A stretch of DNA of 64,000 nucleotides from an uncultured bacterium (GTDB lineage: Bacteria > Caldisericota > Caldisericia > JAAYUI01), in contig CBDUSO010000004.1 of NCBI GenBank assembly GCA_965370295.1, forward strand, positions 3,477-67,476, read 5' to 3'. The notes beneath the pieces were generated by a model that did no database searches, was not told the origin of the DNA, and worked only from the letters and a program-made list of their open reading frames with translations. A program made the translations under genes and the position numbers. Every line of letters starts with the position of its first letter. Position 1 is the first letter of the stretch. Below are positions 17,438 to 26,453 of the stretch, piece after piece.

Positions 17438-17588
17438 GTCATTCCGTACTTGATGCGGAATCCAGGGTACTTGAAGTTGAGTAAAAATTAGAGAAGAATA
17501 GAAATCTTATCAGGTTTGGCTGTTGTTTCTTTTGAAAAATCGGCACATTTCTATAATCCCCTGGATTCCCGTTTTCACGGGAAAGACG
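17438..17588 (-). repeat. Composite hairpin-bounded element, copy E (core diverged)
   Basis: The hairpin gtcattccGTActtgaTGCggaatccagggtac is followed by a diverged core ending ...tttctataatcc. It ends in cctggattccCGTtttcaCGGgaaagac. Confidence 0.6.
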
Positions 17589-17644
17589 GTGGAGAGAGTG
17601 AGAATGGGAAGATTCTTAAGTCAAGTTCTTAAATGGCGAATACC

Positions 17645-17672
17645 GTAGGGAACGCAGATCTGCGTTCCCTAC
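17645..17672. repeat. Perfect hairpin gtagggaacgcagatctgcgttccctac
   Basis: It is a 12-bp perfect stem. It shares the GTAGGG...CCCTAC ends of the second hairpin family. Confidence 0.55.
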
Positions 17673-17754
17673 AACCTAAATCAGACATGGCTGACCTCTA
17701 TGGACATCCCCTACAGTATTCATATCTGTTTGGTCGCTCTCTAAAAAAACTTAT

Positions 17755-20718
17755 TTACTTAGACAAAACGTGAACGTGTTTGTAGAGATTCACCAGCTTG
17801 CCAAATTCATCTGAAACAGATGCTCGGATGAGGTAATCACCAGGATTATTGAATGTGTGGGTCAGAGTATGAGACATGCTCTCACCAATCTCAAAATGAT
17901 CGGTTTTTGTGTTATCATCCCAAAAAATTTGGACATCAAATGGGTTGCAACCGCTGTGAATCAACATTTCACACTCAAATTCCTCACCTGCTCGGATGAT
18001 ATTTCCCTTGCCGATATTTTTGATCACAAGTTCAACTTCAGGCATCTCACAACCGGGTGTTGTGGTTTTTATTGTGATTGCCATGTTGGTTGAGAGTTCC
18101 TCTTCAAGACCGGTTACAGTTGCCTTATTTGTGATAACATCTCCAGCTTTGATGTGGTTGTTTTCCTTGATGCGACATGCGATTCTTATCTGGTATGTTG
18201 TTCCGGGTGGAATTTCATCAAAGTAGAAAACAACTGAGGTTCCAACCTGAACACCTGGAATATTGCTGTGCAGGAATTCAAGATCGTGGGGCATGATGTC
18301 GGTGACTTCAATTCCATAAGCAGAACCAGAACCTTTGTTCCCAACTGTTATTGTGTAGTGGACAATATCACCAACACTTGCCATTGAGGTGTTTGCTGTT
18401 TTTTTGGCAAATATTTTTGGTTTGCGTACGAGTAATTTTATTTCTTCGGTGTCATACACAGCATAAGTCGGAGATGCAACTAGTCTTAGGGTGGCTTTGA
18501 TTCTTGGAGTAAACCAGGTTGCAGGTGCGTCACAATCCGCTCTCACCGCAAACCAGGTATCAACCCTTCCCTCAATACTCTCTCCATTTCGATTCCGGAA
18601 ACGGTGTATCAAACCCGACATCTCATCCCAGTTATCAATTGAGAGTTCATATTCAAAATCGGAGGTACCCCATGGAGACTTGAGGACAATCTTGAAGAAA
18701 GTAAATTGTAGGTTGCAGGCATTCAGGTATGCAAAACTGGGATTCACAGTCAGATAGTCGTGATCATAAGGGACGTTTAGCCCGATGAAGTCATGTTGGG
18801 CGGTGGGATCAAAGATATTGCGATCCGCGTAGAGTTCATCTGGAGAGGAATCAAAACTTGTGAATGCTTCGGTGTAGTAGAATTGTGGCATTGCAGTTGG
18901 CATGTGTACACTTGAATACTGAACGTTGAAACCAACTTGAAAAACGTCAGGCGGAACAGTATACGGCACAAGTATCTTGATCCAGGTCAGTGGCGTTAGA
19001 ATGGGATGATATTGGAATGGACCGGTGTCTCCATTTCGAGATTCAATGTGATGAGGGTACAGGCTGGATGTCAGTTGTACCTCTGTATTAAATCGAATGT
19101 ACAGATATGGTTTGCTATCATCAGTGAGACGTACATGGTACGTCACAATCTGGTCGCCTGCAATCGGGAACCAGCCTCTGTTTAGCGGATATGTAGACCC
19201 ACCTGCAATTTTCCTTGCTCTTATCGTCAGTCTTTTGTCTCTATCATGACGGGTTACAAATCGTTGAAAGAAAATATCGGTCTGTCCACCCGTAAACCAT
19301 CGAACTGGAGGAGCAGTGACACCCATCACTACGATATCCTCAACGATTTGAACATTGGGAGGAATACCGACTTCTCTTGAAACAATGTAAGGTATACATT
19401 CGGTTGTACTGTTGAATGAGAATGGATGGATGAAGGAATAACCAACACTGCCATTGAGTTTGTTGAAATCGTGGGCATCTCGAACGGTGATCAAGCTGAC
19501 ATAAGAATTGTCATTTTTTACATGCTGGTACCATGTAACAACGGGATAATCATCTCTGGTCAGATCAAGCTTTGGCTCGGATGCATCTCCAATATCTGAG
19601 GTGTTTGCAACGCTTGAAAATCCAGGTTGACTGTTGTAATTCCACCAGCTTCCCCCACTCCATTTGGTGCATACAACCTCAAGCGTATTATTGAGTGTGT
19701 TCTCTTCACACCAGATGACAATGGGTCGGCTGAATCCGTCCAGCTTGAAATCAGGCTGAAGTGACTCTTTGGGTGTGTTTGAGGTATTTGTGAAAAAGAA
19801 AAAAGTATAGTCAACCTCTTCACCCTTCAGGTTGACCCAATTGGCAACGGATGGTGATGGTTCCCATTTGCCCATCATGACTTCGCCATCTTCTTCCCAG
19901 CAGATGTATGGTATCATGTCATAATTGGGATCGGCATGCTCGCCGATTTCAATTTTTGGTGAAAATTTATTGCCCTCGTTGAATGTCATTTGGGTGGAGG
20001 TGACACCTGGAATTTGTGTATCATTTTGAAGTGGCTCCCACCGTTTGTGTTCGTAGGAGTATCTGGAAGCAAAGATTTGATAATACCAGCGGTCATCATT
20101 TGGGTCTCCGGTGTACTCCAGCCAGGTGGCGTAAATATAGTCATTGCTGTAACAGACATCAAAGCTCGTTTTATTTTGCCATGAGTTGGGGGGTTGCGGG
20201 GAGACAGGCTTCCACTGAGGATAGGTGTCGTTAAGGTCGACATAAAAAAGATCCCTTCCCTTGAAATCTTCGTCATTGAATATCCACCCTGCAATCATGA
20301 CCGGGTGTTCATTCAAAACAGAGGGCTGAGAGGGTGGATGATACCGTGAAGGGGCAATCATCACTTTGGACACTGACTCTGCTTCGAATGTATTAAATAA
20401 CCATGGGTTTAGACTAACGGGGACAGAATGGGTGTCATCCCCGTACAGAGAATGCCAGGAAAATCCGTTGAACTTGGCGTATGCTGGTAAAAATAAACCC
20501 TTGTTGTATGTATCAATCCAGGCAACCTGCATATTGTGGAGACTGTTGAATATAAAATCAGGCTTTGAGGAGTATCCGGGGTTTCCAAAGATTTGCGTAC
20601 CGCCGAATTCTTCATACAATCCATGACCATGCCAGGTATCCCCGGCACTCACGGGCGGAACATAAAACAAGCTTGCAATAAGTATGCAAACCAATAGAAT
20701 ATTGATTCTCGACTTCAT
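17755..20718 (-). CDS. Large secreted protein with a DUF11-type repeat and a C-terminal PKD-like domain
   Basis: The 987-aa ORF has the signal peptide MKSRINILLVCILIASLFYVPPVSAG. It has a DUF11-like block VGDIVHYTITVGNKGSGSAYGIEVTDIMPHDLEF and a PKD-like block HTFNNPGDYLIRASVSDEFG. Confidence 0.7.
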   Translation of the reverse strand: MKSRINILLVCILIASLFYVPPVSAGDTWHGHGLYEEFGGTQIFGNPGYSSKPDFIFNSLHNMQVAWIDTYNKGLFLPAYAKFNGFSWHSLYGDDTHSVPVSLNPWLFNTFEAESVSKVMIAPSRYHPPSQPSVLNEHPVMIAGWIFNDEDFKGRDLFYVDLNDTYPQWKPVSPQPPNSWQNKTSFDVCYSNDYIYATWLEYTGDPNDDRWYYQIFASRYSYEHKRWEPLQNDTQIPGVTSTQMTFNEGNKFSPKIEIGEHADPNYDMIPYICWEEDGEVMMGKWEPSPSVANWVNLKGEEVDYTFFFFTNTSNTPKESLQPDFKLDGFSRPIVIWCEENTLNNTLEVVCTKWSGGSWWNYNSQPGFSSVANTSDIGDASEPKLDLTRDDYPVVTWYQHVKNDNSYVSLITVRDAHDFNKLNGSVGYSFIHPFSFNSTTECIPYIVSREVGIPPNVQIVEDIVVMGVTAPPVRWFTGGQTDIFFQRFVTRHDRDKRLTIRARKIAGGSTYPLNRGWFPIAGDQIVTYHVRLTDDSKPYLYIRFNTEVQLTSSLYPHHIESRNGDTGPFQYHPILTPLTWIKILVPYTVPPDVFQVGFNVQYSSVHMPTAMPQFYYTEAFTSFDSSPDELYADRNIFDPTAQHDFIGLNVPYDHDYLTVNPSFAYLNACNLQFTFFKIVLKSPWGTSDFEYELSIDNWDEMSGLIHRFRNRNGESIEGRVDTWFAVRADCDAPATWFTPRIKATLRLVASPTYAVYDTEEIKLLVRKPKIFAKKTANTSMASVGDIVHYTITVGNKGSGSAYGIEVTDIMPHDLEFLHSNIPGVQVGTSVVFYFDEIPPGTTYQIRIACRIKENNHIKAGDVITNKATVTGLEEELSTNMAITIKTTTPGCEMPEVELVIKNIGKGNIIRAGEEFECEMLIHSGCNPFDVQIFWDDNTKTDHFEIGESMSHTLTHTFNNPGDYLIRASVSDEFGKLVNLYKHVHVLSK

Positions 20719-20772
20719 AACGTCTTCAGCGTACTATGAAAACCAGCGTTAGTCAAGCAGGGAGGTAGATTC

Positions 20773-23058
20773 ATGACAATAATTCTTGTTTGCAGTTTGT
20801 TGCTTGTAATCTTCATTTGGATTTTTTTCTGGCCAAAATATTCTCGTTTTGAAACCACTAGTGATCCCGCAAACATCAGCACCCATTTGATTGTTGAGGG
20901 AATGATGTGTAGTGGATGTTCTGGAAGTGTGGAGAGAGTGCTTCAAAATATGGATGGCATAACAAATGTGAATGTTTCATATTCATCAGGGATTGCCAGC
21001 TTTGATTTTGATCCCAAAAAAAATACAATCAAGGCTTTGGTGAGTGTGATAAAGAGTGCTGGATACAGGGCTAAATCGGTATCATCCGGAGCAACCGCTC
21101 TAAAAAATGCCAGAGAATCAAAAATGCTGGATATGAAACAAACCGGGAAGAGATTGCTCATTGGTTTGATCCCCGCGGTTTTTGTTTTTGTGGTTTCCAT
21201 GGGGGGAATGTTGCCATTTTTTCCTGTTATGCCGGAATGGATTGACTGGGTGTTGTTTGGCCTTGCAATTTTCGTTTTATTTTCGGTTGGAGGACATTTT
21301 GTAAGAGATGCCTGGGGGCAAGCAAAAAATCGTCAAACAAACATGAGCACACTTGTTGTGCTTGGTGTGATTTCTTCGATTGGATATTCATTGTATTCGC
21401 TGATTTCTCCAGGTGCAACTGGTGGTGTTCCCTATATTGACGGTGCTATCATGATTGTGATGTTTGTTTCACTTGGTCATTTTGTCAGGACTCGCTCCGA
21501 ACTCTCAGCCATGAAAGATGTGTTTGATGTCGCAACCCTCTTGCCTGAAGTTGCACACATCGCAGTTGGTGAACTCACAAATGATGTCAATCCATCAGTG
21601 CTGAGAAATGGAAATGAAGTCATCGTAAGGGCAACCGAAAGAATCCCCGCAGATGGCGTTGTAATATCTGGAAAAACTGAAATTAACAATGCAAGCATCA
21701 CAGGTGAATCCATGCCTGTCCAGGTTGAAAAGGGTGACAGAGTTTTTGCAGGAGCGATAAACGGCTTTGGAAGCATCCGAGTAAGATGTGAAAAAACCGG
21801 CTCTGAAACTGTTGTGTCCAGGGTTGTTGAGATGATTTCTCAGGCTCTAACCTCCAAACCAAAAGTCCAGGAGCTTGTCGATAAAATTGCCTCAATTTTT
21901 GTACCGCTTTCAATCACAGCTGCAATCATCACATTCAACATCTGGATGTTGCTTGGAAACCCCGAGCTTGCCGTTTTGACATCAATCTCTGTACTTGTTA
22001 TTTCATGTCCTTGTGCTTTGGGTTTGGCAACTCCAACTGCACTTTCGGTTGCACTGGGGATTGCCTCAAGAAAAGGAATCCTGATAAAAGATGCAACCGC
22101 CCTCGAAACCCTCCTCCTTGCAAAAACTTTTGTGTTCGACAAAACAGGAACACTGACCCTCGGAAAACCCATGGTAAACAGTATTGTTGTTTGTGATGGA
22201 ACTGAGGAAGAATTGATCAGGCTGACAGTTTCAGCCGAAACCGGCTCCGAACATTCCCTCGCAGAATCAATCAGAGAATTTGCAAACCAGAAAAACATCA
22301 CCCCAAAAGAACCGGAAGAATTCACTGCACTCCCCGGACTTGGAGTGCGTGCAAAAATTGATGGAAAAATAATCCATGTTGGCGGTCCACGCCTGCTTGA
22401 AAAACTTGGAGTCGACCTTCCCATCTCGCTTGCCGGAGGATTTGAAACTCACGAAGCCGTTTTCTATGTCATCTCAGAAAACCAAGTTTTGGGTGGTTTT
22501 GGGTTGCTCGATCCAATCCGTGAAGGTGCAGTGGAATTGGTCAATTTTCTGAAAGAGCGTGGCATTCATCCCATTCTTCTGTCTGGAGACCGTAAACCTG
22601 CCTGCGAAGCAGTTGCCGAAAAGCTCGGTATTGACCAAGTTTATTCCCAAGTTTTGCCAGAAGAAAAGCTGAAGGTTGTTGAAATGTTGAGCGAGGACGG
22701 AATTACTGTGATGATGGGAGACGGCGTGAATGACGCTCCCGCACTCGCACTCGCCGATGTTTCCATCGCTCCAGGTGGCGGAACAGGGCTGGCTCTTGAT
22801 GTCGCCGGAATCACCCTGATGCGAGACGACCTCGACCTCGTGATTTCCGCATTCAAACTGGCAGAAGCCACAAAAAGAAATGTCCGCTGGAGTTTGTTTT
22901 GGGCATTCTTCTACAACGTGCTGACAATCCCGATTGCAGGCGGAGCCTTGTATTCCCTCGGAATCCTCCTGAATCCGATGATTGCATCCGCCGCCATGGC
23001 AATGTCTTCTGTTATGGTTGTGTTGAATGCGATTAGGTTGAGGCTTGTCCGGCTGTAG
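20773..23058 (+). CDS. copA: Copper-translocating P1B-type ATPase
   Basis: It has the HMA motif GMMCSGC, the CPC motif ISCPCALGLATP, the phosphorylation site DKTGTLT and the hinge GDGVNDAPAL. An AGGGAGG RBS lies upstream. Confidence 0.94.
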   Translation: MTIILVCSLLLVIFIWIFFWPKYSRFETTSDPANISTHLIVEGMMCSGCSGSVERVLQNMDGITNVNVSYSSGIASFDFDPKKNTIKALVSVIKSAGYRAKSVSSGATALKNARESKMLDMKQTGKRLLIGLIPAVFVFVVSMGGMLPFFPVMPEWIDWVLFGLAIFVLFSVGGHFVRDAWGQAKNRQTNMSTLVVLGVISSIGYSLYSLISPGATGGVPYIDGAIMIVMFVSLGHFVRTRSELSAMKDVFDVATLLPEVAHIAVGELTNDVNPSVLRNGNEVIVRATERIPADGVVISGKTEINNASITGESMPVQVEKGDRVFAGAINGFGSIRVRCEKTGSETVVSRVVEMISQALTSKPKVQELVDKIASIFVPLSITAAIITFNIWMLLGNPELAVLTSISVLVISCPCALGLATPTALSVALGIASRKGILIKDATALETLLLAKTFVFDKTGTLTLGKPMVNSIVVCDGTEEELIRLTVSAETGSEHSLAESIREFANQKNITPKEPEEFTALPGLGVRAKIDGKIIHVGGPRLLEKLGVDLPISLAGGFETHEAVFYVISENQVLGGFGLLDPIREGAVELVNFLKERGIHPILLSGDRKPACEAVAEKLGIDQVYSQVLPEEKLKVVEMLSEDGITVMMGDGVNDAPALALADVSIAPGGGTGLALDVAGITLMRDDLDLVISAFKLAEATKRNVRWSLFWAFFYNVLTIPIAGGALYSLGILLNPMIASAAMAMSSVMVVLNAIRLRLVRL

Positions 23059-23062
23059 AATG

Positions 23063-24154
23063 CTAATCACATGGTAACATTTTGTCTTCCTTATCTTTTA
23101 TACAGAACGTCTTTACGTCACTGTGTTTTTTGAGCAACGCAATCATATCTTTAATGTTATTCGAATATTTTTTTCTATGCGTGCAGATCACAACTTTGTT
23201 GGGTTGCATCCTGGCTATAGCATCAGTGATATGTTTGTCTTGTGGAGTTGCATCATACCCTATTATGCATAGATTAATACTCACTAATTGTTGTTTGTCT
23301 TTATCCAGCTTCTCTGATTCTACCCTGTAGTTTTCGAATGTACTGTATCGATCTTGAAGATAGACATTGTTGTTGATGTGAGTGAGTTTTTCTTTGCTGG
23401 TATTGTCAGTAACAATCAATGGTTTTTGCTTACCTTCGATATACTTGTTTTTTGCGATTCCCATCATTGCTTGTTGTCCATCAGGAGACTGTTTTATTTT
23501 TTCAAGTTTATCTGTGTCATTCATGGTTAGAAAAAAAGCACCATGGAGATAAGATATTTGGGTTTGATCTCTTTTACGAAAACCTATTTCAAACTCAGAT
23601 TCTCCTGGTTCATATAAGTTCCTTTTATTGAAGAAATCACCAAAACAAAACTCGTATTCCCTGTTATTTTTGACTGAAATTATTGATCTATAAATCAGAG
23701 GATCGTAATTTGTTGTGAACACCTGATCAAACCTCATCAAAAACTTTCCAATTCTATCTTTTTGATCTGGACATGGTTGAATTTCACATGCTTCAAGCAT
23801 TGCATGTAAAAAAACATTTTTTAGTGATTCAATATCACAATATTCCTCTGGTTGATCAGTGATGAATTTCTCAAAATTTAGCTGACTACCTGCCCCTAAG
23901 TCATCATCCATTAATTTGTATGTCTCTTTGTAACCATTGTTATGTTTTGCATGACACCATGCTCTCCACCATAGTGCAGAACGGGACCAGTTTTTATCGT
24001 ATCGTTCTGTAAAGCCTGCTCCAGTAAGCAAAATCGTCCTTGGTTTGCTTTTGTCTTTGATGTCTCTATTTTTCTTATCTTTGTTTATGTCCACTTCAGG
24101 GAATAAATTCTCCCATAATTCCTTCTCATCAATTCCACGATTTTCATTAGTCAT
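23063..24154 (-). CDS. SIR2-like (SIR2_2 / DUF4917-type) protein
   Basis: The Gly-rich loop ILLTGAGFT, the central VFTTNYDPLIYRS and the SYLHGAFF motif occur in the order typical of SIR2_2/DUF4917 proteins. The start was set at ATG 24154 (MTNENRG...), which follows an AAAGGAGG RBS. Confidence 0.65.
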   Translation of the reverse strand: MTNENRGIDEKELWENLFPEVDINKDKKNRDIKDKSKPRTILLTGAGFTERYDKNWSRSALWWRAWCHAKHNNGYKETYKLMDDDLGAGSQLNFEKFITDQPEEYCDIESLKNVFLHAMLEACEIQPCPDQKDRIGKFLMRFDQVFTTNYDPLIYRSIISVKNNREYEFCFGDFFNKRNLYEPGESEFEIGFRKRDQTQISYLHGAFFLTMNDTDKLEKIKQSPDGQQAMMGIAKNKYIEGKQKPLIVTDNTSKEKLTHINNNVYLQDRYSTFENYRVESEKLDKDKQQLVSINLCIIGYDATPQDKHITDAIARMQPNKVVICTHRKKYSNNIKDMIALLKKHSDVKTFCIKDKEDKMLPCD

Positions 24155-24295
24155 ACACAATCCTCCTTTATTAACGAATTCTTTTGAATCCATGTTTAAT
24201 TTTATTCAAATGATTGACAAGGTCAAATGTCAATAAAAAATCAATTTTCATGGCTTGATAGATGTTTGTCCCCGGATACTTAGGCAACAGAAAGT

Positions 24296-24326
24296 ACCCT
24301 GGATTCCGCATCAAGTGCGGAATGAC
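24296..24326 (+). repeat. Solo hairpin module
   Basis: accctggattccGCAtcaagTGCggaatgac is identical to the module at 101-130. Confidence 0.75.
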
Positions 24327-24399
24327 AGAGCGGACGCGAGAAAAATGAGGGAGGGTAGTGCGGGAGAAGTACAGGGAATAATACAAGTTGTACATCTCC

Positions 24400-24428
24400 G
24401 TAGTGGCAGGTTTCAAACCCGCCCCTAC
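24400..24428. repeat. Second-family hairpin (imperfect)
   Basis: gtagtggcaggtttcaaacccgcccctac has two mismatches in the stem relative to 17367-17397. Confidence 0.5.
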
Positions 24429-24613
24429 AAGCTCCTTCAATTGACAATAAAATACGGGTAATCCCAGGATTGTCCCTATAAACATCACCCACAATCAAAA
24501 TATTCAAATCCCAAACCCAACCCCACTTTACCAAACCGAAATTCCACGGTATAATCCAAACCAAAGATGAACCAGTATCAAAAACAAGAACACAGAGGCA
24601 GAGGGAACAGGAA

Positions 24614-24697
24614 ATGCTGACAACCCTATACACCTTTTTGTTATTGTCTGTTATCCAATATTTTGTAATAGTTAAATACACAGTAAATACAACTTGA
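24614..24697 (+). pseudogene. 27-codon remnant resembling the 5' end of the GT2 gene that starts at 27906
   Basis: atgctgacaaccctatacacc (24614-24634) is identical to 27906-27926. The translations MLTTLYTFLLLSVIQYFVIV... and MLTTLYTLAIIAYIYSFVLFV... are similar. A purine-rich RBS-like gagggaacaggaa lies upstream. The ORF ends in the TGA inside TTGACA. Confidence 0.35.
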
Positions 24698-24724
24698 CAT
24701 CGTTTTTTTTTTTTTTGATATAAT
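24694..24724 (+). promoter_or_regulatory. Sigma70-like promoter TTGACA-19 nt-TATAAT whose spacer is dominated by a T14 homopolymer
   Basis: TTGACA lies at 24694-24699, the T14 run at 24703-24716 and TATAAT at 24719-24724. The CAGGAGG RBS at 24741-24747 and the ATG at 24754 follow. Confidence 0.5.
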
Positions 24725-24753
24725 AACCATATAATTCAAACAGGAGGCAAGAA

Positions 24754-26049
24754 ATGAAGAGGAGAACACTTGGGATTTTGACCCTGGTTGTGGTCGTCGC
24801 GGTTGTGGGGATTGTTGCTGTAACCATTGCGAATACGGCACCAGACTTAAAACTAAGAACTGTAAACGGACACATCGTCTGGGAGTGGGCACAGAAAGGC
24901 GTAGAAACATTCCCACACCTTTTCTCTGATAATTCGCACATGGCAACAATAAAGGAATTTAACTCAGCAAAGAATGGTGGTTGGATTGGCGTACTTTTTG
25001 ACATTGACAGCTTTGATCTGCTAAACCCCGACCCGCAAAATGCGGAGCTACTCGAAACAGATGCCACACTTGGGATGAGTTCAAAATTCAGAACAGACGA
25101 AGAATGTGTTGTATGGGAAGAACTCCATGACCAACCAGACGGAGAAAAAAGATTTGATACAATCAAATTGTTTGACATAGCAGCCTCAACAACAGAAACC
25201 ATTATTGAATTCCCATATCCAAGTCCTGTCAGCGTAATGAGTCCTGATGTATCTGGGAATATTGTAGTGTTTGAACGAAAAACACAGCCCAACAATGTCC
25301 ACACAATCTATTCATTTGATAGAACTACAGAGGTTACAACTCCAATATCCCCAACTGAAACATCACAGGCTTACCCTCAGATTGAAGGAAATTATGTGTG
25401 CTGGCTTGATTGGAGAAACGAAGAAACAACAGGTATCGATATCCTTGGTTACAATCTTTCAACAAATCAGGAATTCATTGTAAACATATTGCCTGGAGAT
25501 ATTCACTATTTTCATATGAATAGCAGATATGTTTTATACAAGGGTATCCTAACCGAAGACTACAACAACCTGGGGCTTTACCTTTACGACCTTCAAACCC
25601 AGAGTACAATCACAATAACTGAAAACGAAATTAATGAAGGATACATCTCGGTGGGAACAAACTCTGATGACACATATGTTTGTTGGGATGAGCAGATTAC
25701 AAATGATAACGGAACTTTCTGGGCCGTGAAGTACAAAAAAGTAAGCGACAACAATTCAACTTTTGTAACTGGCACAACCACAATTGAGAACCATCAGGTA
25801 CCAAGTTCTGCATTTCAAACTCATATCGGGTGGGTCGAAGGCTTTGAAAAAAACTCCACCGGCATTCCTTTCCTCTACAAAATTGCAACAGGCAATAATT
25901 TCCAACTTGACGATGGAGAGCCTGACTGTGGCGGGATCACAATGGATGACACATTTGTGATGTGGTACAAATGTTCAACATATGAAACTGAAAACGGAAC
26001 AGCACTTGACGAAAACATATGTGGTTGCATGCTAGATGACCTAAACTAA
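24754..26049 (+). CDS. Membrane-anchored beta-propeller-repeat surface protein
   Basis: The 431-aa ORF has an N-terminal TM anchor (LGILTLVVVVAVVGIVAV). Recurring blades read GHIVWEW, GNIVVFER, GNYVCWLDWRNEETTGIDILGYNLSTNQEF, DTYVCWDEQ and DTFVMWYK. Confidence 0.6.
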   Translation: MKRRTLGILTLVVVVAVVGIVAVTIANTAPDLKLRTVNGHIVWEWAQKGVETFPHLFSDNSHMATIKEFNSAKNGGWIGVLFDIDSFDLLNPDPQNAELLETDATLGMSSKFRTDEECVVWEELHDQPDGEKRFDTIKLFDIAASTTETIIEFPYPSPVSVMSPDVSGNIVVFERKTQPNNVHTIYSFDRTTEVTTPISPTETSQAYPQIEGNYVCWLDWRNEETTGIDILGYNLSTNQEFIVNILPGDIHYFHMNSRYVLYKGILTEDYNNLGLYLYDLQTQSTITITENEINEGYISVGTNSDDTYVCWDEQITNDNGTFWAVKYKKVSDNNSTFVTGTTTIENHQVPSSAFQTHIGWVEGFEKNSTGIPFLYKIATGNNFQLDDGEPDCGGITMDDTFVMWYKCSTYETENGTALDENICGCMLDDLN

Positions 26050-26097
26050 AGTTGCATATCTGTATTAGTAACCCTGAGAAAAAGGAGAATTTAATAA

Positions 26098-26304
26098 ATG
26101 AGATTAGATCATATTTTGAGTCCGATGTTTGTGTTTTTGCAAGGTAACGAGTTTATGGCAAATCAGAACCCCAACGGAGATATATTGTTCCATGCACTGC
26201 AGGAAATGATCCACCACCAGACTGCGAACCATTGCAAACCGTTCATCCAGATGGAGGAGAAGGTGTCTGCAATCATTACGTGTGTATGGACAACGTGCAA
26301 GTAA
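26098..26304 (+). CDS. Candidate RiPP precursor peptide (68 aa; an internal start at MANQ... would give 49 aa)
   Basis: An AGGAG RBS lies 10 nt upstream of the ATG. The C-terminal region ...TANHCKPFIQMEEKVSAIITCVWTTCK has 3 Cys. It lies 150 nt upstream of a radical SAM/SPASM maturase on the same strand. Confidence 0.35.
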   Translation: MRLDHILSPMFVFLQGNEFMANQNPNGDILFHALQEMIHHQTANHCKPFIQMEEKVSAIITCVWTTCK

Positions 26305-26312
26305 AACCGGGT

Positions 26313-26393
26313 ATGATAAAAAACTGTGTTGGGCAGGTTTGCGAAGCCAGTACACAGAAATACTCAGCAGGTTGTTCAGACGGGTTACGCTAA
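26313..26393 (+). CDS. Second small Cys-containing ORF (26 aa), an alternative or extra precursor candidate
   Basis: The sequence is MIKNCVGQVCEASTQKYSAGCSDGLR. It starts 8 nt after the stop of the previous small ORF and has no clear RBS. Confidence 0.2.
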   Translation: MIKNCVGQVCEASTQKYSAGCSDGLR

Positions 26394-26453
26394 ATACAAA
26401 CTTGCTATTGTGTCATAATACACGACAAACATAATTTGACTAAATAGAGTTCT

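Noticed and set aside
24171-25304. Minus-strand ORFs 24171..24494, 24280..24681, 24641..24949 and 24672..25304.
   Set aside because: They span hairpin repeats, the poly-T promoter region or the antisense of the beta-propeller gene. They have no RBS and no recognisable motifs.
26104-26355. An 83-aa minus-strand ORF opposite the candidate precursor peptide.
   Set aside because: It has no RBS. It is antisense to a plus-strand small ORF that has a good RBS and sits in an operon-like position upstream of the radical SAM gene. This cannot be fully excluded without expression data.
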